Positions 28,033 to 38,611 of a stretch of 64,000 nucleotides of DNA are shown in pieces. Source of the stretch: Candidatus Thorarchaeota archaeon (lineage in GTDB: Archaea > Asgardarchaeota > Thorarchaeia > Thorarchaeales > Thorarchaeaceae); NCBI GenBank assembly GCA_048882325.1, contig JBHLRS010000003.1, positions 1 to 64,000 of the forward strand. The letters run 5' to 3'. Below the pieces are notes generated by a model. It ran no database searches. It had not been told where the DNA came from and was given only the letters and a program-made list of their open reading frames with translations. The translations under genes and the position numbers were made by a program. Position 1 is the stretch's first letter. Every line of letters starts with the position of its first letter.

Positions 28033-29781
28033 CTATTTCCCTCTCTTTTCCAGCTCTTCCTCCAGAAGAACGCGTCTCAAAACCTTTCCGACATTACTCA
28101 TTGGAAGTGAATCTCTAAATTCGACCTCTCGCGGTCTCTTGTATCCTGCCATTCTTTCCCTTGCCCACTCGATGAATTCTTCTTCAGTAGCAGTTTCCCC
28201 ATCTTTCAGAACGATGTATGCCTTAACAAACTCGTTGCTCGGGTCATCTCTTCTAGGTATACCAACAGCAGCAGCCAGTTGGACCTTTGGATGTGTGAAC
28301 AGAATGTCCTCAATCTCTCGTGGGTACGCTTTCATACCACCAACATTGATCATCTGTTTCTTTCTATCACTGATGTAGGTGTATCCCAGTTCATCCATGT
28401 AGCCTAGATCGCCAGTGAGGAAGAACTGCTTTCCATTAATCTCGCGCATGACATTCTCAGTTTCTTCCGGCTTTCTCCAATAACCCTTGAACACCTGAGG
28501 TCCATGGATAGCAATCTCTCCAATCTCACCAAGTGACATCTCCTTTGTCCCCGTGTCTATATCCACAATCTTACAATCAGTATCCGGGAGTGGAAGTCCA
28601 ATTGAACCGAATTTTCTGAATTTCTTATTGGTTGGATTGATGTGAGTCGTAGGAGATGTTTCTGTGAGACCATACCCTTCAAACACCAATGCGCCAGTTA
28701 CCGCTTCGAATGCCTTTGCTACTTCTGGTGGTAAGGGAGCTGCTCCTGAACCACAGATGCTGATCTCAGACAAATCATACTTGCCAACATCTGGGTGACA
28801 AGCGAGTCCTGAATAGAGTGCAGGCACGCAATTGAAAACAGTGCACTTTGTCTTCTCAAGCTCCTTCAACAGGTCTGTTAGTGGTGGATTTCCAGACCGT
28901 GGATCTGGAATTGCTACGAGCTGTCCTGCATACCAGGTGGCAGAAAGCATGCTGAGTGTCATACCATAGCTGTGGTACCATGGTATAGCTCCGACATACA
29001 CCTCATCGCCGTACCTAACGCCCCCATCTCTTCCAACATCCTCTTCTTTCATGTACACCCACTCAGCTATCTGAAGAATGTTTGATGTAAGGTTATAATG
29101 AGTGAGCTCTGCACCCTTCGGCGTCCCAGTTGTTCCGCCTGTATAGATCACTACTGCAGTGTCTCTTGGATCAATGTCAACCTCTGGCGGTTTCGGTTCA
29201 TACTGCGCAAGAATATCCTCATAGAATAATGTTTTGTCCTCTTCATAGTAAGGGCTCTTGGGTACCTTTCCCAGTAGTCCACCAATGACTGCCTTTGCTT
29301 TAGAGAGAAAGGGTTTGATGCTACACACAACTATAGTATGGGCCTCCGTACCCTTGATGGCTTCATATGCAGTTGGCGTAAAGGTTGGATGATCAAGCGC
29401 AAAGACAATCTTTGCTTCAGTGTCCTTCAACTGGAAGTTTAGTTCAGGCGCTTTATACATCGGATTACAAGTTACAACTTTCGCTCCTGTCCTCAGAATC
29501 CCGAAATAGATAGCAGGAAAGTGAGGAACATTTGGCAAGAAGATTGCAACACTATCTCCTTTCTTGATGCCTTTGCTGATCAAGAAGTTGGCTATTCTGT
29601 CTGAGTGCTCCTTGACCTCTTTGAATGTCTGTGTCTTTCCCATGAACACAGTATATGGAAGGTCTCCACTCTTCTCTGCTGACCTGTCCAGCATAGCGAA
29701 CAACGGTTCTTCCGGATAATCTATTGTAGTAGGTGCAGTTTCAGGCCAAGCCTCTTTCTTTTGCCAATATAATTCATCCAT
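28033..29781 (-). CDS. Long-chain-fatty-acid--CoA ligase (AMP-binding), paralogue 2
   Basis: YTGGTTGTPKG, EGYGLTETSP, FLTGDLG, GKVLRR. Confidence 0.92.
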   Translation of the reverse strand: MDELYWQKKEAWPETAPTTIDYPEEPLFAMLDRSAEKSGDLPYTVFMGKTQTFKEVKEHSDRIANFLISKGIKKGDSVAIFLPNVPHFPAIYFGILRTGAKVVTCNPMYKAPELNFQLKDTEAKIVFALDHPTFTPTAYEAIKGTEAHTIVVCSIKPFLSKAKAVIGGLLGKVPKSPYYEEDKTLFYEDILAQYEPKPPEVDIDPRDTAVVIYTGGTTGTPKGAELTHYNLTSNILQIAEWVYMKEEDVGRDGGVRYGDEVYVGAIPWYHSYGMTLSMLSATWYAGQLVAIPDPRSGNPPLTDLLKELEKTKCTVFNCVPALYSGLACHPDVGKYDLSEISICGSGAAPLPPEVAKAFEAVTGALVFEGYGLTETSPTTHINPTNKKFRKFGSIGLPLPDTDCKIVDIDTGTKEMSLGEIGEIAIHGPQVFKGYWRKPEETENVMREINGKQFFLTGDLGYMDELGYTYISDRKKQMINVGGMKAYPREIEDILFTHPKVQLAAAVGIPRRDDPSNEFVKAYIVLKDGETATEEEFIEWARERMAGYKRPREVEFRDSLPMSNVGKVLRRVLLEEELEKRGK

Positions 29782-29903
29782 CTCTGAAATCTCCTTGAAC
29801 TAGCAAACTATAGTATCAAACATTAGCTGTCCAGTATAACATAGCTCACTGATATTTGTTGAGGATAGTTTTGAAAAACAACAAAATGAATGAAAAAGAA
29901 AGA

Positions 29904-29928
29904 AGAGGGATGGGCGGACCCATCCTCT
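29904..29928 (-). terminator. Hairpin plus U-rich tract after the ligase gene
   Basis: GGATGGG-CGGA-CCCATCC with A-rich run upstream on the + strand. Confidence 0.5.
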
Positions 29929-29935
29929 GTCTTCA

Positions 29936-31678
29936 CTATTTCTTCTTAGCTAGTTCAGCCTCGCGCAATTCTCTTCTGAGAACCTTCCCAACTTGGGTCA
30001 TAGGCAGAGAATCTACAAATACAACCTCTTTTGGTCGCTTGTAGCCTGCCATCTTCTCTTTTGCCCAAGCAATGAACTCTTTCTCGGTTGCTGTTTCCCC
30101 ATCTTTTAGTACGATGTACGCCTTGACATACTCATTACTCGGGTCGTCCTCTCGAGGTAGTCCAATGACAGCCGCCATAGCAACCTTCGGGTGTTCAAAG
30201 AAAATATCCTCAATCTCTCGTGGATATGCTTTTAGACCACCGACATTTATCATGTCCTTCTTCCTGTCTGAAATCACAAAGAAACCATCCTCATCGATAT
30301 GTCCGATGTCACCAGTCAGGAAGAATCGTTTACCTCCGATATCTCGCATGACCTCGGCTGTTTCGTCAGGTTTGTTCCAATAACCTTTCATAACTTGAGG
30401 TCCACTAATGGCAATCTCACCAGTCTCTCCTTGCTTCATTTCCTTCTTTCCAGATTCGATGTCCAAGATAGTGGCATATGTGTCAGGAAGAGGAACTCCG
30501 ATTGAACCAAATTTACGCAGGGATTTGATTGACGGGTTTGCGTGCGTCATAGGTGATGTTTCCGTCAGTCCATAGCCTTCAAAGAGTGTAGCTCCACTCA
30601 CATCCTCGAATTGCTTACAGAGCTCTGGAGGTAATGGTGCAGCTCCAGATCCACAGGCTTTGAGACTGGATAGGTCATACTTTCCAACGTTTGGATTGTT
30701 TATCATCCCTGCATACAGTGCGGGGACACAATGCATGATGGTTCCCTTGTACTTCTGAATATCAGCTAGCAAGTCAGTCAATGGAGGTTTGCCAGCTCTT
30801 GGATCTGGTATACATATCAGTGAGCTTCCCATGGCAAAAGAGGCAACCATTGTTAGTGTCAGTCCATAGCTGTGATACCAAGGCAAGGCTCCAACAAAAA
30901 CTTCTTCTCCAGGCTTTAGTTTTTCAGGGGTCCCTCCTCCTTTAGGTTCAAGCTGCACCCATTCATCAAACTGCATTACATTACTGTACAGATTGTGATG
31001 AGTCAACATGGCGCCCTTAGGAGTCCCTGTGGTACCACCAGTATAGAGAATGAGTGCAAGATCCTCCTTTGGTTTGATTGTCACATCAGGTGCCTTGGGT
31101 TCATATTGCTCAACGATATCATCATAGAAATCTGTGAAATCCTCGTAATAGTCACCTTTGGGAATCTTTCCGATGAGACTCCCCAGAACTGCTTTCACTT
31201 TTGGCAGGTATCTTTTGATACTACAAATCACGTGAACCTTTACATCAGTTCCCTTGATGGCCTCATAAGAAGTAGGTGTGAAGGAAGGATGGTCAAACAC
31301 GAATACAGCCTTCGCCCCGGAGTCTTTTAGTTGGAAATTCAATTCGTTCATTTTGTATGAGGGGTTACAGGTGACTGCTGTTGCTCCACTCTTTAATATG
31401 CCAAAGAAAACGGGTGGATAGTGAGGTGTATTTGGTAAGAATATCGCGACTTTGTCGCCCTTCCCAATACCTTTGCTTGCCAAGTAATTGGCTATCTTAT
31501 CAGCATGGTCTTTAACCTCGGCAAATGAATGTGCTATCCCATCATACAGCGTTGATGGTGAATCCGGATGTTTAGTAGCAATCTTATCAAGAATAGCAAA
31601 AAGTGGCTCTTCAGGATACTCCAGTGACTTCTTGACGGTCTCTGGCCATCTTGATTTATGCCATAACATTTCTTCCAT
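29936..31678 (-). CDS. Long-chain-fatty-acid--CoA ligase (AMP-binding), paralogue 1
   Basis: YTGGTTGTPKG, EGYGLTETSP, FLTGDIG, GKVLRR. Confidence 0.92.
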   Translation of the reverse strand: MEEMLWHKSRWPETVKKSLEYPEEPLFAILDKIATKHPDSPSTLYDGIAHSFAEVKDHADKIANYLASKGIGKGDKVAIFLPNTPHYPPVFFGILKSGATAVTCNPSYKMNELNFQLKDSGAKAVFVFDHPSFTPTSYEAIKGTDVKVHVICSIKRYLPKVKAVLGSLIGKIPKGDYYEDFTDFYDDIVEQYEPKAPDVTIKPKEDLALILYTGGTTGTPKGAMLTHHNLYSNVMQFDEWVQLEPKGGGTPEKLKPGEEVFVGALPWYHSYGLTLTMVASFAMGSSLICIPDPRAGKPPLTDLLADIQKYKGTIMHCVPALYAGMINNPNVGKYDLSSLKACGSGAAPLPPELCKQFEDVSGATLFEGYGLTETSPMTHANPSIKSLRKFGSIGVPLPDTYATILDIESGKKEMKQGETGEIAISGPQVMKGYWNKPDETAEVMRDIGGKRFFLTGDIGHIDEDGFFVISDRKKDMINVGGLKAYPREIEDIFFEHPKVAMAAVIGLPREDDPSNEYVKAYIVLKDGETATEKEFIAWAKEKMAGYKRPKEVVFVDSLPMTQVGKVLRRELREAELAKKK

Positions 31679-31854
31679 ATTGTTTGTTCTCCATATCTCT
31701 CGTCTATTATCTTAGTCAGAATTTTGACCAGAGGATATCAACTACGACAACAAATGCTATTGATAATGATTTCCACCGGCTGATTTTCACTTGAAACCTT
31801 GAAAATTCATCAAGCTGTGTGGTTCAACCGAACAATTAAGATACTGATTGTAGA

Positions 31855-33096
31855 ATGGACAGTAATACTGGCAATCTGAGAGAGGAATCCAACTTGAACT
31901 ATGAAGGAGTCATCGAGCAATCATCAGTGGGCCTGAAAGAATTGGTGGATTCAGGTGAAGAGATAATTGGATACATCTACCCCCATGCACCACTGGAGCT
32001 CTTTATGGCACACGGGTTCACACCTTCCCTCATCAGAGCACTCCCTGGTACTGCGAGTGGGTTTGAAGAGAGTCTGCAGACTTTTGCATGTTCATACATC
32101 AGGAACCTCTATAGTCAGCGTGCAAACGGTCAGTTTCTGACCCTCGCTGGATTACTATTTCCTGGAAACACATGCGACGCTCTTCAGAATCTTGGAGATG
32201 TCTGGAAGGTTCGTTTTCCTGAAGATAGAGTGTTCCGACTCACATACCCTGTGACAAGGTATAGCCCTGATGATTCTACAACTAGGTTTCTTAGTGAAGA
32301 GCTAAGACTTCTTAGCGAAGGAATCTCTTCTACATTCAACAGACCATTCCTCTCTGAGAGCTATAATCGCGCAGTCGAGCTTGTTCAAGAGTTTCGTAAC
32401 AGTGCCCAATTTCTCTATTCCGCAAGAATAGTCAACCCAATGCTAATATCGTATAGCGATGTTGTCCGTTTTGTTAGATCTTTTCTGACAGCTCCAACCA
32501 CCTCATCAGTATCTGCCGCAAGGGATGCCGCAGCAATGGTTCGAAATACTGCGGATGAGCTGGGACTGTTGAGTATCATCGAATCTGTGAAAACAGCAAT
32601 TCTTAGTGGTGACTATTCAGGCACCGAGCTTCCTGCAGACCTAGAAACTCCACGCATCGTAGTTGCTGGGGGAATGGTTGAACCTCAAGCCATTGCTACA
32701 CTGTTTCATGACATGCCTGAGGTTTCTGATTCAGTGATTGTTCTAGACCTTCTCTCTTTTGGATTCAAAACTGTGTTTACACGGTCTCCTGTCAAATCTG
32801 ATGATCCGTTTACTGCAATGGCAGAATCTGTCCTGACTGCACCTGGTGAACCGACTCATGAAGGTCTCTCAGTTCGCATGGAGGCATTGAAGGGACTTCT
32901 CTCGAATCTATCGATTCAAGGAGTCATTGTTTGTGAGCAGTCATTCTGCGACCCTGATGAATTTGAGGCGCCATCAATCGAAAGAGCCGCTACTGATTTA
33001 GGTATCAAAACAGTGCGATTGCCGCTAGATCCTGAACTTAGTGATCGCGCTAGAATAGAAACACGGATACAGACCTTTGTGGAAACATTGGAGTGA
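31855..33096 (+). CDS. 2-hydroxyacyl-CoA dehydratase family subunit (HadC/BcrC-like)
   Basis: LQTFACS, NTCD, SFCDPDEFE, TRIQTFVE. Confidence 0.8.
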   Translation: MDSNTGNLREESNLNYEGVIEQSSVGLKELVDSGEEIIGYIYPHAPLELFMAHGFTPSLIRALPGTASGFEESLQTFACSYIRNLYSQRANGQFLTLAGLLFPGNTCDALQNLGDVWKVRFPEDRVFRLTYPVTRYSPDDSTTRFLSEELRLLSEGISSTFNRPFLSESYNRAVELVQEFRNSAQFLYSARIVNPMLISYSDVVRFVRSFLTAPTTSSVSAARDAAAMVRNTADELGLLSIIESVKTAILSGDYSGTELPADLETPRIVVAGGMVEPQAIATLFHDMPEVSDSVIVLDLLSFGFKTVFTRSPVKSDDPFTAMAESVLTAPGEPTHEGLSVRMEALKGLLSNLSIQGVIVCEQSFCDPDEFEAPSIERAATDLGIKTVRLPLDPELSDRARIETRIQTFVETLE

Positions 33097-34331
33097 GTAG
33101 AAAGATGACTCAAGAAAGAGCAGCTGAGGAGAAACCTTACCGACGCCTCGAAACACAGGCACTTTTACAGCAGATTGCACTTCGCCACGGATTAGAAGCA
33201 ATGGATGCAAGTGAGACCGGTAATCTGGCCTGGGTGACTTCAGGGTTCCCCGTGGAGATTCCGATTGCGATGAATCTTGGTGTGGTCTATCCTGAGCAAG
33301 CAGGGGCTATCATCGGAGCTCAGAAAATAGGTCCTGAGGTTTCTACTATTGCAGAAAACCTTGGGTATTCACAGGAACTTTGCTCTTACGCGCGTGTGAG
33401 TATCGGCTCTACCGAAAAGCCTGAAGAAGTTCCAATGGGATCACTCCCAACACCTCAGATACTTCTTGCATGCAATAATATCTGCGGGACCGTCTTGAAA
33501 TGGTATGATGCTATATCAGAGATGACTGGTGCACCTGTCTATCTTCTGGATACACCTCCTATAGACAAAGTACAGCTCCCTCACAATCAGGAGTATGTCC
33601 GTCGAGGAGTCGAACGTCTGATTGAGTTCATCGGGTCGCACTTCAATCGAACACTTGAGGAGAACCGGATTCGCGAAGTAGCTGAACTATCGAGTAAAGC
33701 TACAAGACTTTGGATACGTGCCCTTGAGGCATGCAAGACCAAGCCGAGTCCATTGAACTGTGCCGATAGATTCCTGACAATGGCTCCTGTTGTGTCAAGT
33801 CGGGGGACTGAGCATTGTGTTGAGTTTTACGAATCCTTTGTGGAGGAGGTTGAGGAACGTGTTAAGAACGGTATTGGAGCGATTCGAGAAGAAAAAGTCC
33901 GCTTACTCTGGGACAATATTCCACCTTGGCACACTCTTAGGTTCTTCAACATACTTGCGAGCAGAGGAGTAGTCTTTCCTGCAGATACATACACCCATGC
34001 GTGGACTGGAAATATGGTAGGTGTTGATACATCTTCGATTATTGACCAAGTTGTTGGAACATATTCCAAAGTTTATCTGAACATGGGACTAGATGCAAAG
34101 GTTGACAAAATGTGCCAACTCATCAAAGATTATGACCTAGATGGATTCGTCATGTTTTCTGTCCGTTCATGTAAACGGTACTCGCTGGGGCAACTTGTGT
34201 CTAAGGAAATAGTTACTGAAAGGACAGGCGTGCCTGGAGTCATAATTGAAGGTGATATGGTAGACTCTAGAGTGTATAACGCAGCTCAAATCGAAACACG
34301 AGTAGACGCACTCCTTGAGATGCTGCTATGA
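33093..34331 (+). CDS. 2-hydroxyacyl-CoA dehydratase family subunit (HadB/BcrB-like)
   Basis: ELCSYAR, NNICGTVLKWY, RSCK, EGDMVD, ETRVDA. Confidence 0.85.
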   Translation: MSRKMTQERAAEEKPYRRLETQALLQQIALRHGLEAMDASETGNLAWVTSGFPVEIPIAMNLGVVYPEQAGAIIGAQKIGPEVSTIAENLGYSQELCSYARVSIGSTEKPEEVPMGSLPTPQILLACNNICGTVLKWYDAISEMTGAPVYLLDTPPIDKVQLPHNQEYVRRGVERLIEFIGSHFNRTLEENRIREVAELSSKATRLWIRALEACKTKPSPLNCADRFLTMAPVVSSRGTEHCVEFYESFVEEVEERVKNGIGAIREEKVRLLWDNIPPWHTLRFFNILASRGVVFPADTYTHAWTGNMVGVDTSSIIDQVVGTYSKVYLNMGLDAKVDKMCQLIKDYDLDGFVMFSVRSCKRYSLGQLVSKEIVTERTGVPGVIIEGDMVDSRVYNAAQIETRVDALLEMLL

Positions 34332-34350
34332 GGAGAGAATATTCTTGGAT

Positions 34351-35130
34351 ATGGGTGTTGGTATTGACGTCGGTTCAACGACCACCAAAGGGGTCTTGCT
34401 AGATAGTAATGATACAGTCATAGCAAAATCACTGATGCTGACTGGTGCCTCAGCGGTTCAATCCATTGAGAAGACGTTACAAAACATCTCATCAGCATCA
34501 AAAATTGACCTCAATGGAGTTCCAGTAATCAGTACAGGGTATGGACGCGCACGTGTAGAGCTGGCCGAAAAATCAGTCACTGAGATTACTTGTCACAGTG
34601 TAGGAGTACATCACATAAATCCAGACATTCGATTACTCATAGATGTTGGTGGGCAGGACTCTAAGGTTATTCGTATTGGCAAGTCTGGACGACCTGAGGA
34701 CTTCGAGTTAAATGACAAGTGTTCTGCTGGGACTGGTCGGTTTCTTGAGGTTATGGCACGAGTTCTAGAGGTCTCCTTGGATGAACTGGGACCTCTCGCG
34801 TTACAATCAAAGAAACCCTGTTCGATTAGCAGTACATGTACAGTATTTGCAGAGAGTGAGGTAATTGGTCACATCGGTGCTGGGGAATCAGCCGCAGACA
34901 TAGCAGCTGGAGTTCATATTTCCATAGTCTCCAAGATCAGTGCACTCTCGAAACGAGTTGGAGTCAAAGAACCAGTATGTGTTACTGGTGGAGTAGCTCT
35001 CAACCCTGCATTCAGGCACTATCTGTCAGATCAACTCGGAGTAGACCTCTGGGTTCCTGAAGATCCTCAGCTCACAGGCGCTCTCGGTGCAGCTGTTCTG
35101 GCTCTGAATCGAGATGGTGGTGGGAAGTGA
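34351..35130 (+). CDS. Acyl-CoA dehydratase activase (HgdC/HadI; ASKHA ATPase)
   Basis: GIDVGSTTTK, TGYGR, EITCH, DVGGQDSK, NDKCSAGTGRF, STCTVFAESE. Confidence 0.93.
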   Translation: MGVGIDVGSTTTKGVLLDSNDTVIAKSLMLTGASAVQSIEKTLQNISSASKIDLNGVPVISTGYGRARVELAEKSVTEITCHSVGVHHINPDIRLLIDVGGQDSKVIRIGKSGRPEDFELNDKCSAGTGRFLEVMARVLEVSLDELGPLALQSKKPCSISSTCTVFAESEVIGHIGAGESAADIAAGVHISIVSKISALSKRVGVKEPVCVTGGVALNPAFRHYLSDQLGVDLWVPEDPQLTGALGAAVLALNRDGGGK

Positions 35131-35477
35131 CCAATAGAGCGAGGGAAGAACTTCACAGAATTCTTGAAAATCATTTGGAAGGTGTTGACTATAAATCTCG
35201 AAAGATGTTTGGCGGTTTGGCATTCTTCATCAACAGGAACATGTTCACGGGAACGCACCAATCAGATCTCTTTGTTAGACTCTCAGCAGAAGACCGTGAA
35301 AAAGCCCTTTCACATGATGGTATCACAGTCTTTGAGCCACGAAAGGGAATGGTGATGAGTGAATACGTGGTTCTTGCTGATGCAGTCATCGATACTAAAT
35401 TGAAGGATTTGATTCAGAAGTCAATTTCCTATGTATCGAGTCTTCCTCCAAAAGAATCCAAGAAAAGGAAGAAATGA
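35127..35477 (+). CDS. TfoX/Sxy N-terminal domain protein
   Basis: RKMFGGLAFFINRNMF, MSEYV, LPPK. Confidence 0.85.
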   Translation: MTNRAREELHRILENHLEGVDYKSRKMFGGLAFFINRNMFTGTHQSDLFVRLSAEDREKALSHDGITVFEPRKGMVMSEYVVLADAVIDTKLKDLIQKSISYVSSLPPKESKKRKK

Positions 35478-35480
35478 GAA

Positions 35481-35945
35481 TCACTTGACCTTCTTTGACA
35501 CATTGTCTGCATAGATGGTGAAGTCCTCTTCACCCTTAGCTACTTCTAGACCCTCGCGAATCTCAGTTTCTGAAATCTTCTTGATATATGACTTCCATCT
35601 TGTGCCATCGAAGGCCTGAGGGCTTGGTTCCATTTCGATATCGAATCTAACAACATCGTTGGTTCTCTCAAACTCTACCTCATTGTTCACAAAGCCATAC
35701 GAATATGCGGATTTTCGTCGCAGCTTTTTGTTACGTTTATCGTAGTACATCAGACTGAAGGCTTCATGTACGATATTTCCGTCTTTGACAGCCTTGTGTC
35801 TTCCCATGATGTAGACTCCACTCAACTCTAGAGTGTATACATCCGAGGTTTCGATTATGCCTTCTTCGCTTTCCGGATCTTTAGACTGTCCTTGCCATTC
35901 TCCAATGAGAAAGTGCCAATCCTCAAGCGGATTACTAGAACTCAT
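35481..35945 (-). CDS. DUF1579/nitrobindin-like beta-barrel hypothetical protein
   Basis: LEDWHFLIGEWQG motif and alternating beta pattern. Confidence 0.55.
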   Translation of the reverse strand: MSSSNPLEDWHFLIGEWQGQSKDPESEEGIIETSDVYTLELSGVYIMGRHKAVKDGNIVHEAFSLMYYDKRNKKLRRKSAYSYGFVNNEVEFERTNDVVRFDIEMEPSPQAFDGTRWKSYIKKISETEIREGLEVAKGEEDFTIYADNVSKKVK

Positions 35946-35986
35946 ACTCAACGATTGAATACTCTTTCACATAAAGATGGTGACTT

Positions 35987-36544
35987 TTATGCACTGAACG
36001 GAACTGCCTCTTTCCCGGCCTTCAAGCCAAGTTCTAGTGCTTTCAGGTTTGTTTCTTTGAATCTTGGCCAGCGATCGATTATCTGCTGTTTCAGTCCCTC
36101 AGGTGATACTATGCCAGTGATTGCTGTGAGCGCACCCAACATCACCACATTGGTGGCCTGTTTCACTCCAACATCAACATCTGCGATTCTTGTTGCTGGA
36201 ATCTTGTAGATCCTGATTCCGTCTGGCAAATCACCCTCTACATCTACCAGATCTTCATCAATAATCAGAATTCCATCTTCCTTGAGTCCGTCAATATACT
36301 CCAAGTATGCAGCTCTGCTCATTGCCACAAATACATCAGGTTCCTGAACCTTTGGATAATCCACTTCTACGTCATCTATCACTAGTTCGCTCTTTGTGGC
36401 ACCACCTCTAGCCTCAGGGCCATAGCTCTGGGTCTGAACGCACTCTTTCTTCTCAACTAGTGAAACAGCCTCGCCCAAGACAACAGCCATAGTGACAATG
36501 CCCTGCCCTCCAAAGCCACCGAAACGAACTTCATAGCGAGTCAT
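35987..36544 (-). CDS. korC: 2-oxoacid:ferredoxin oxidoreductase gamma subunit
   Basis: RFGGFGGQG, QTQSYGPEARGG, NVVMLGA; start at ATG 36544. Confidence 0.9.
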   Translation of the reverse strand: MTRYEVRFGGFGGQGIVTMAVVLGEAVSLVEKKECVQTQSYGPEARGGATKSELVIDDVEVDYPKVQEPDVFVAMSRAAYLEYIDGLKEDGILIIDEDLVDVEGDLPDGIRIYKIPATRIADVDVGVKQATNVVMLGALTAITGIVSPEGLKQQIIDRWPRFKETNLKALELGLKAGKEAVPFSA

Positions 36545-36549
36545 TAGAA

Positions 36550-37392
36550 TCACCTTTTGAGTTTCTGTTGCATCTCTCGAAGAACCTTCGTGTACTCTGG
36601 CTTTTCTATGTCTACAAACTCTCCACACACAATCCTGGTTTGGTAATCGAGTTCAGCTTCATGCGGCGAAAGTCCGTTTTGTATTTCAGCCACTTCAAGT
36701 AGATGCTTGTGCATGGTGACACCATCACCTAAACGGTTCAATCTGCCATACTCGGTGGGGCACGCGCCTACAACCTCAATAAAAGAGAAGCCCTCTTTAT
36801 TGATAGCTTTTTCAATCGATTGGGTTGCTCTCCGAGCCTGTACTGCAGTCCATCTGGCAACAAAAGTGGCTCCAGATGATGCAGCTAGTTTGACTAGGTT
36901 AAATGGATGTTCGATGTTTCCAACTGGTCTCGGACTCGTTTGTGAATACTTTCCATGCTCAGTCGTTGGGCCAAACTGACCCCCGGTCATTCCATATGTC
37001 CAGTTATTGATACACACAACGGTCATGTTGATGTTTCTTCGTGCAGCATGAATTAGGTGGTTTCCACCGATTGCAGCGATATCGCCATCCCCACTGACTA
37101 CAATGACCTCAAGTTCAGGATTGGCAATCTTGACACCTTCAGCAAAAGCTATGGCTCTTCCATGAGTCGTGTGATATGTACCAGTCTTGAAATATCCAGA
37201 AGTTCGACCAGTGCAACCAATACCTGAAACAACCACGGTCTTGTGAATGTCAAGGCCGATATTGTCAATCGCCCTCGCAATCATTCCCGTGACCACCCCG
37301 ATGGAACAACCAGAACAGTAGATCCAGGGCTGACGGTCTTCCCGTATGTATTTGGCCATTGGATGCTTTAAGACAGGTGTCGACTCGGTCAT
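36550..37392 (-). CDS. korB: 2-oxoacid:ferredoxin oxidoreductase beta subunit
   Basis: CSGC, SGIGC, HTTHGR, GDGD, NNWTYGMTGGQ, CPT. Confidence 0.92.
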   Translation of the reverse strand: MTESTPVLKHPMAKYIREDRQPWIYCSGCSIGVVTGMIARAIDNIGLDIHKTVVVSGIGCTGRTSGYFKTGTYHTTHGRAIAFAEGVKIANPELEVIVVSGDGDIAAIGGNHLIHAARRNINMTVVCINNWTYGMTGGQFGPTTEHGKYSQTSPRPVGNIEHPFNLVKLAASSGATFVARWTAVQARRATQSIEKAINKEGFSFIEVVGACPTEYGRLNRLGDGVTMHKHLLEVAEIQNGLSPHEAELDYQTRIVCGEFVDIEKPEYTKVLREMQQKLKR

Positions 37393-37490
37393 GGAGAAAA
37401 TCTCCTATTCACAATCCGCCACAAATGCAAAGTGGATAAAAGACTTGTTGATGTAGCCCTCCATTTTGTTAACGGAGTTAACGAAATCTA

Positions 37491-38459
37491 CTACTCTTTC
37501 CGATAATATGGAGATGCCTCAAGCAATCGTTTTTGAGCTTGACCTCTGAGCAGCTTAGCTAAGTACCTCTTAATCCCAAGTTGAGCCTTCAACTCTTCCA
37601 TATAGTCCACAAAACTTCGAGTTTGATACTGTAAGAGTCGCTGTGACTCTTCTGTGTCAAGCCAATCTGTATAGAAGTACTCTTCTGGTTTTGTGGCAAC
37701 TCTGAATGCTGAATCAGGTAGCATTCCTATTCCCATGTTTTCGAATAATTGTGAAATAAAATCGCGTTGAATCATCTGATTTGCTTTTCCTCCACCAATA
37801 AGCAACGTCTTTCCTATCGTATCTGCATCTACTGCATTAGCACAAGCCAATCCAACATCTCGTGAGTGTACGAACTCGATACGCTGATTTAGAGGCAAAT
37901 CAAAGAATATTGTATCAATCTCTGAACCGATTTCAGAAGGTGGAGCTGCCGCAAAGCGCAGGATTGTCCATGGAATACCTGACTCTTTGATTATCCGCTC
38001 GCACTCGATTTTAGTTTCAGTATAGACATCGGTAGCAATTATTGGATCTTGAGCAGTTCGAGGAGGTGGAAGATGCATCGTTGGCCCGAACACAGAAACA
38101 GAACTCGCGAAGACTAGTTTTGGTTTAACTTTCCGATTTTCTGAGGCTCCGACTACATTCTTCGTACCCTCAATATTGACTGCTCTAGTCAAATCTGGCT
38201 TTGATTCAGACAATGGAGGGATTATTCCGGCCAAGTGAATGATACAATCCATTTCTTCAATCACAGATTCAACAAGCGGGAAATCAAGAATATCTCCCCA
38301 AATAGTTTCGAACTTGCCTTTCTTATGTAATCTCTTAGCTATCTTTGCATTTCTCTCGCTCTTGAGGTCAAAGCAACTGATATTGTAATTTTTCTCAAAA
38401 AGAGCCAGTAAGGTACTCTCGCCAATGTTGCCGAAAGCGCCAGTCAGGAGGACATTCAT
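37491..38459 (-). CDS. NAD-dependent epimerase/dehydratase (extended SDR)
   Basis: TGAFGNIG, IHLAG, SSVSVFG, YTETK. Confidence 0.88.
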   Translation of the reverse strand: MNVLLTGAFGNIGESTLLALFEKNYNISCFDLKSERNAKIAKRLHKKGKFETIWGDILDFPLVESVIEEMDCIIHLAGIIPPLSESKPDLTRAVNIEGTKNVVGASENRKVKPKLVFASSVSVFGPTMHLPPPRTAQDPIIATDVYTETKIECERIIKESGIPWTILRFAAAPPSEIGSEIDTIFFDLPLNQRIEFVHSRDVGLACANAVDADTIGKTLLIGGGKANQMIQRDFISQLFENMGIGMLPDSAFRVATKPEEYFYTDWLDTEESQRLLQYQTRSFVDYMEELKAQLGIKRYLAKLLRGQAQKRLLEASPYYRKE

Positions 38460-38611
38460 GACAAATTTCGATTTTGTGGATTATCTAAATCTTCTTGTGT
38501 GTCCAATACAAGAATCGGACTACTTTATGTCCTCGAACACTCTAATTTTGTCAAGAGTCTCGCTCAGGAACGAAGGCAAACATGCTGTTTGGGTCATCAA
38601 ATACACGGTAG

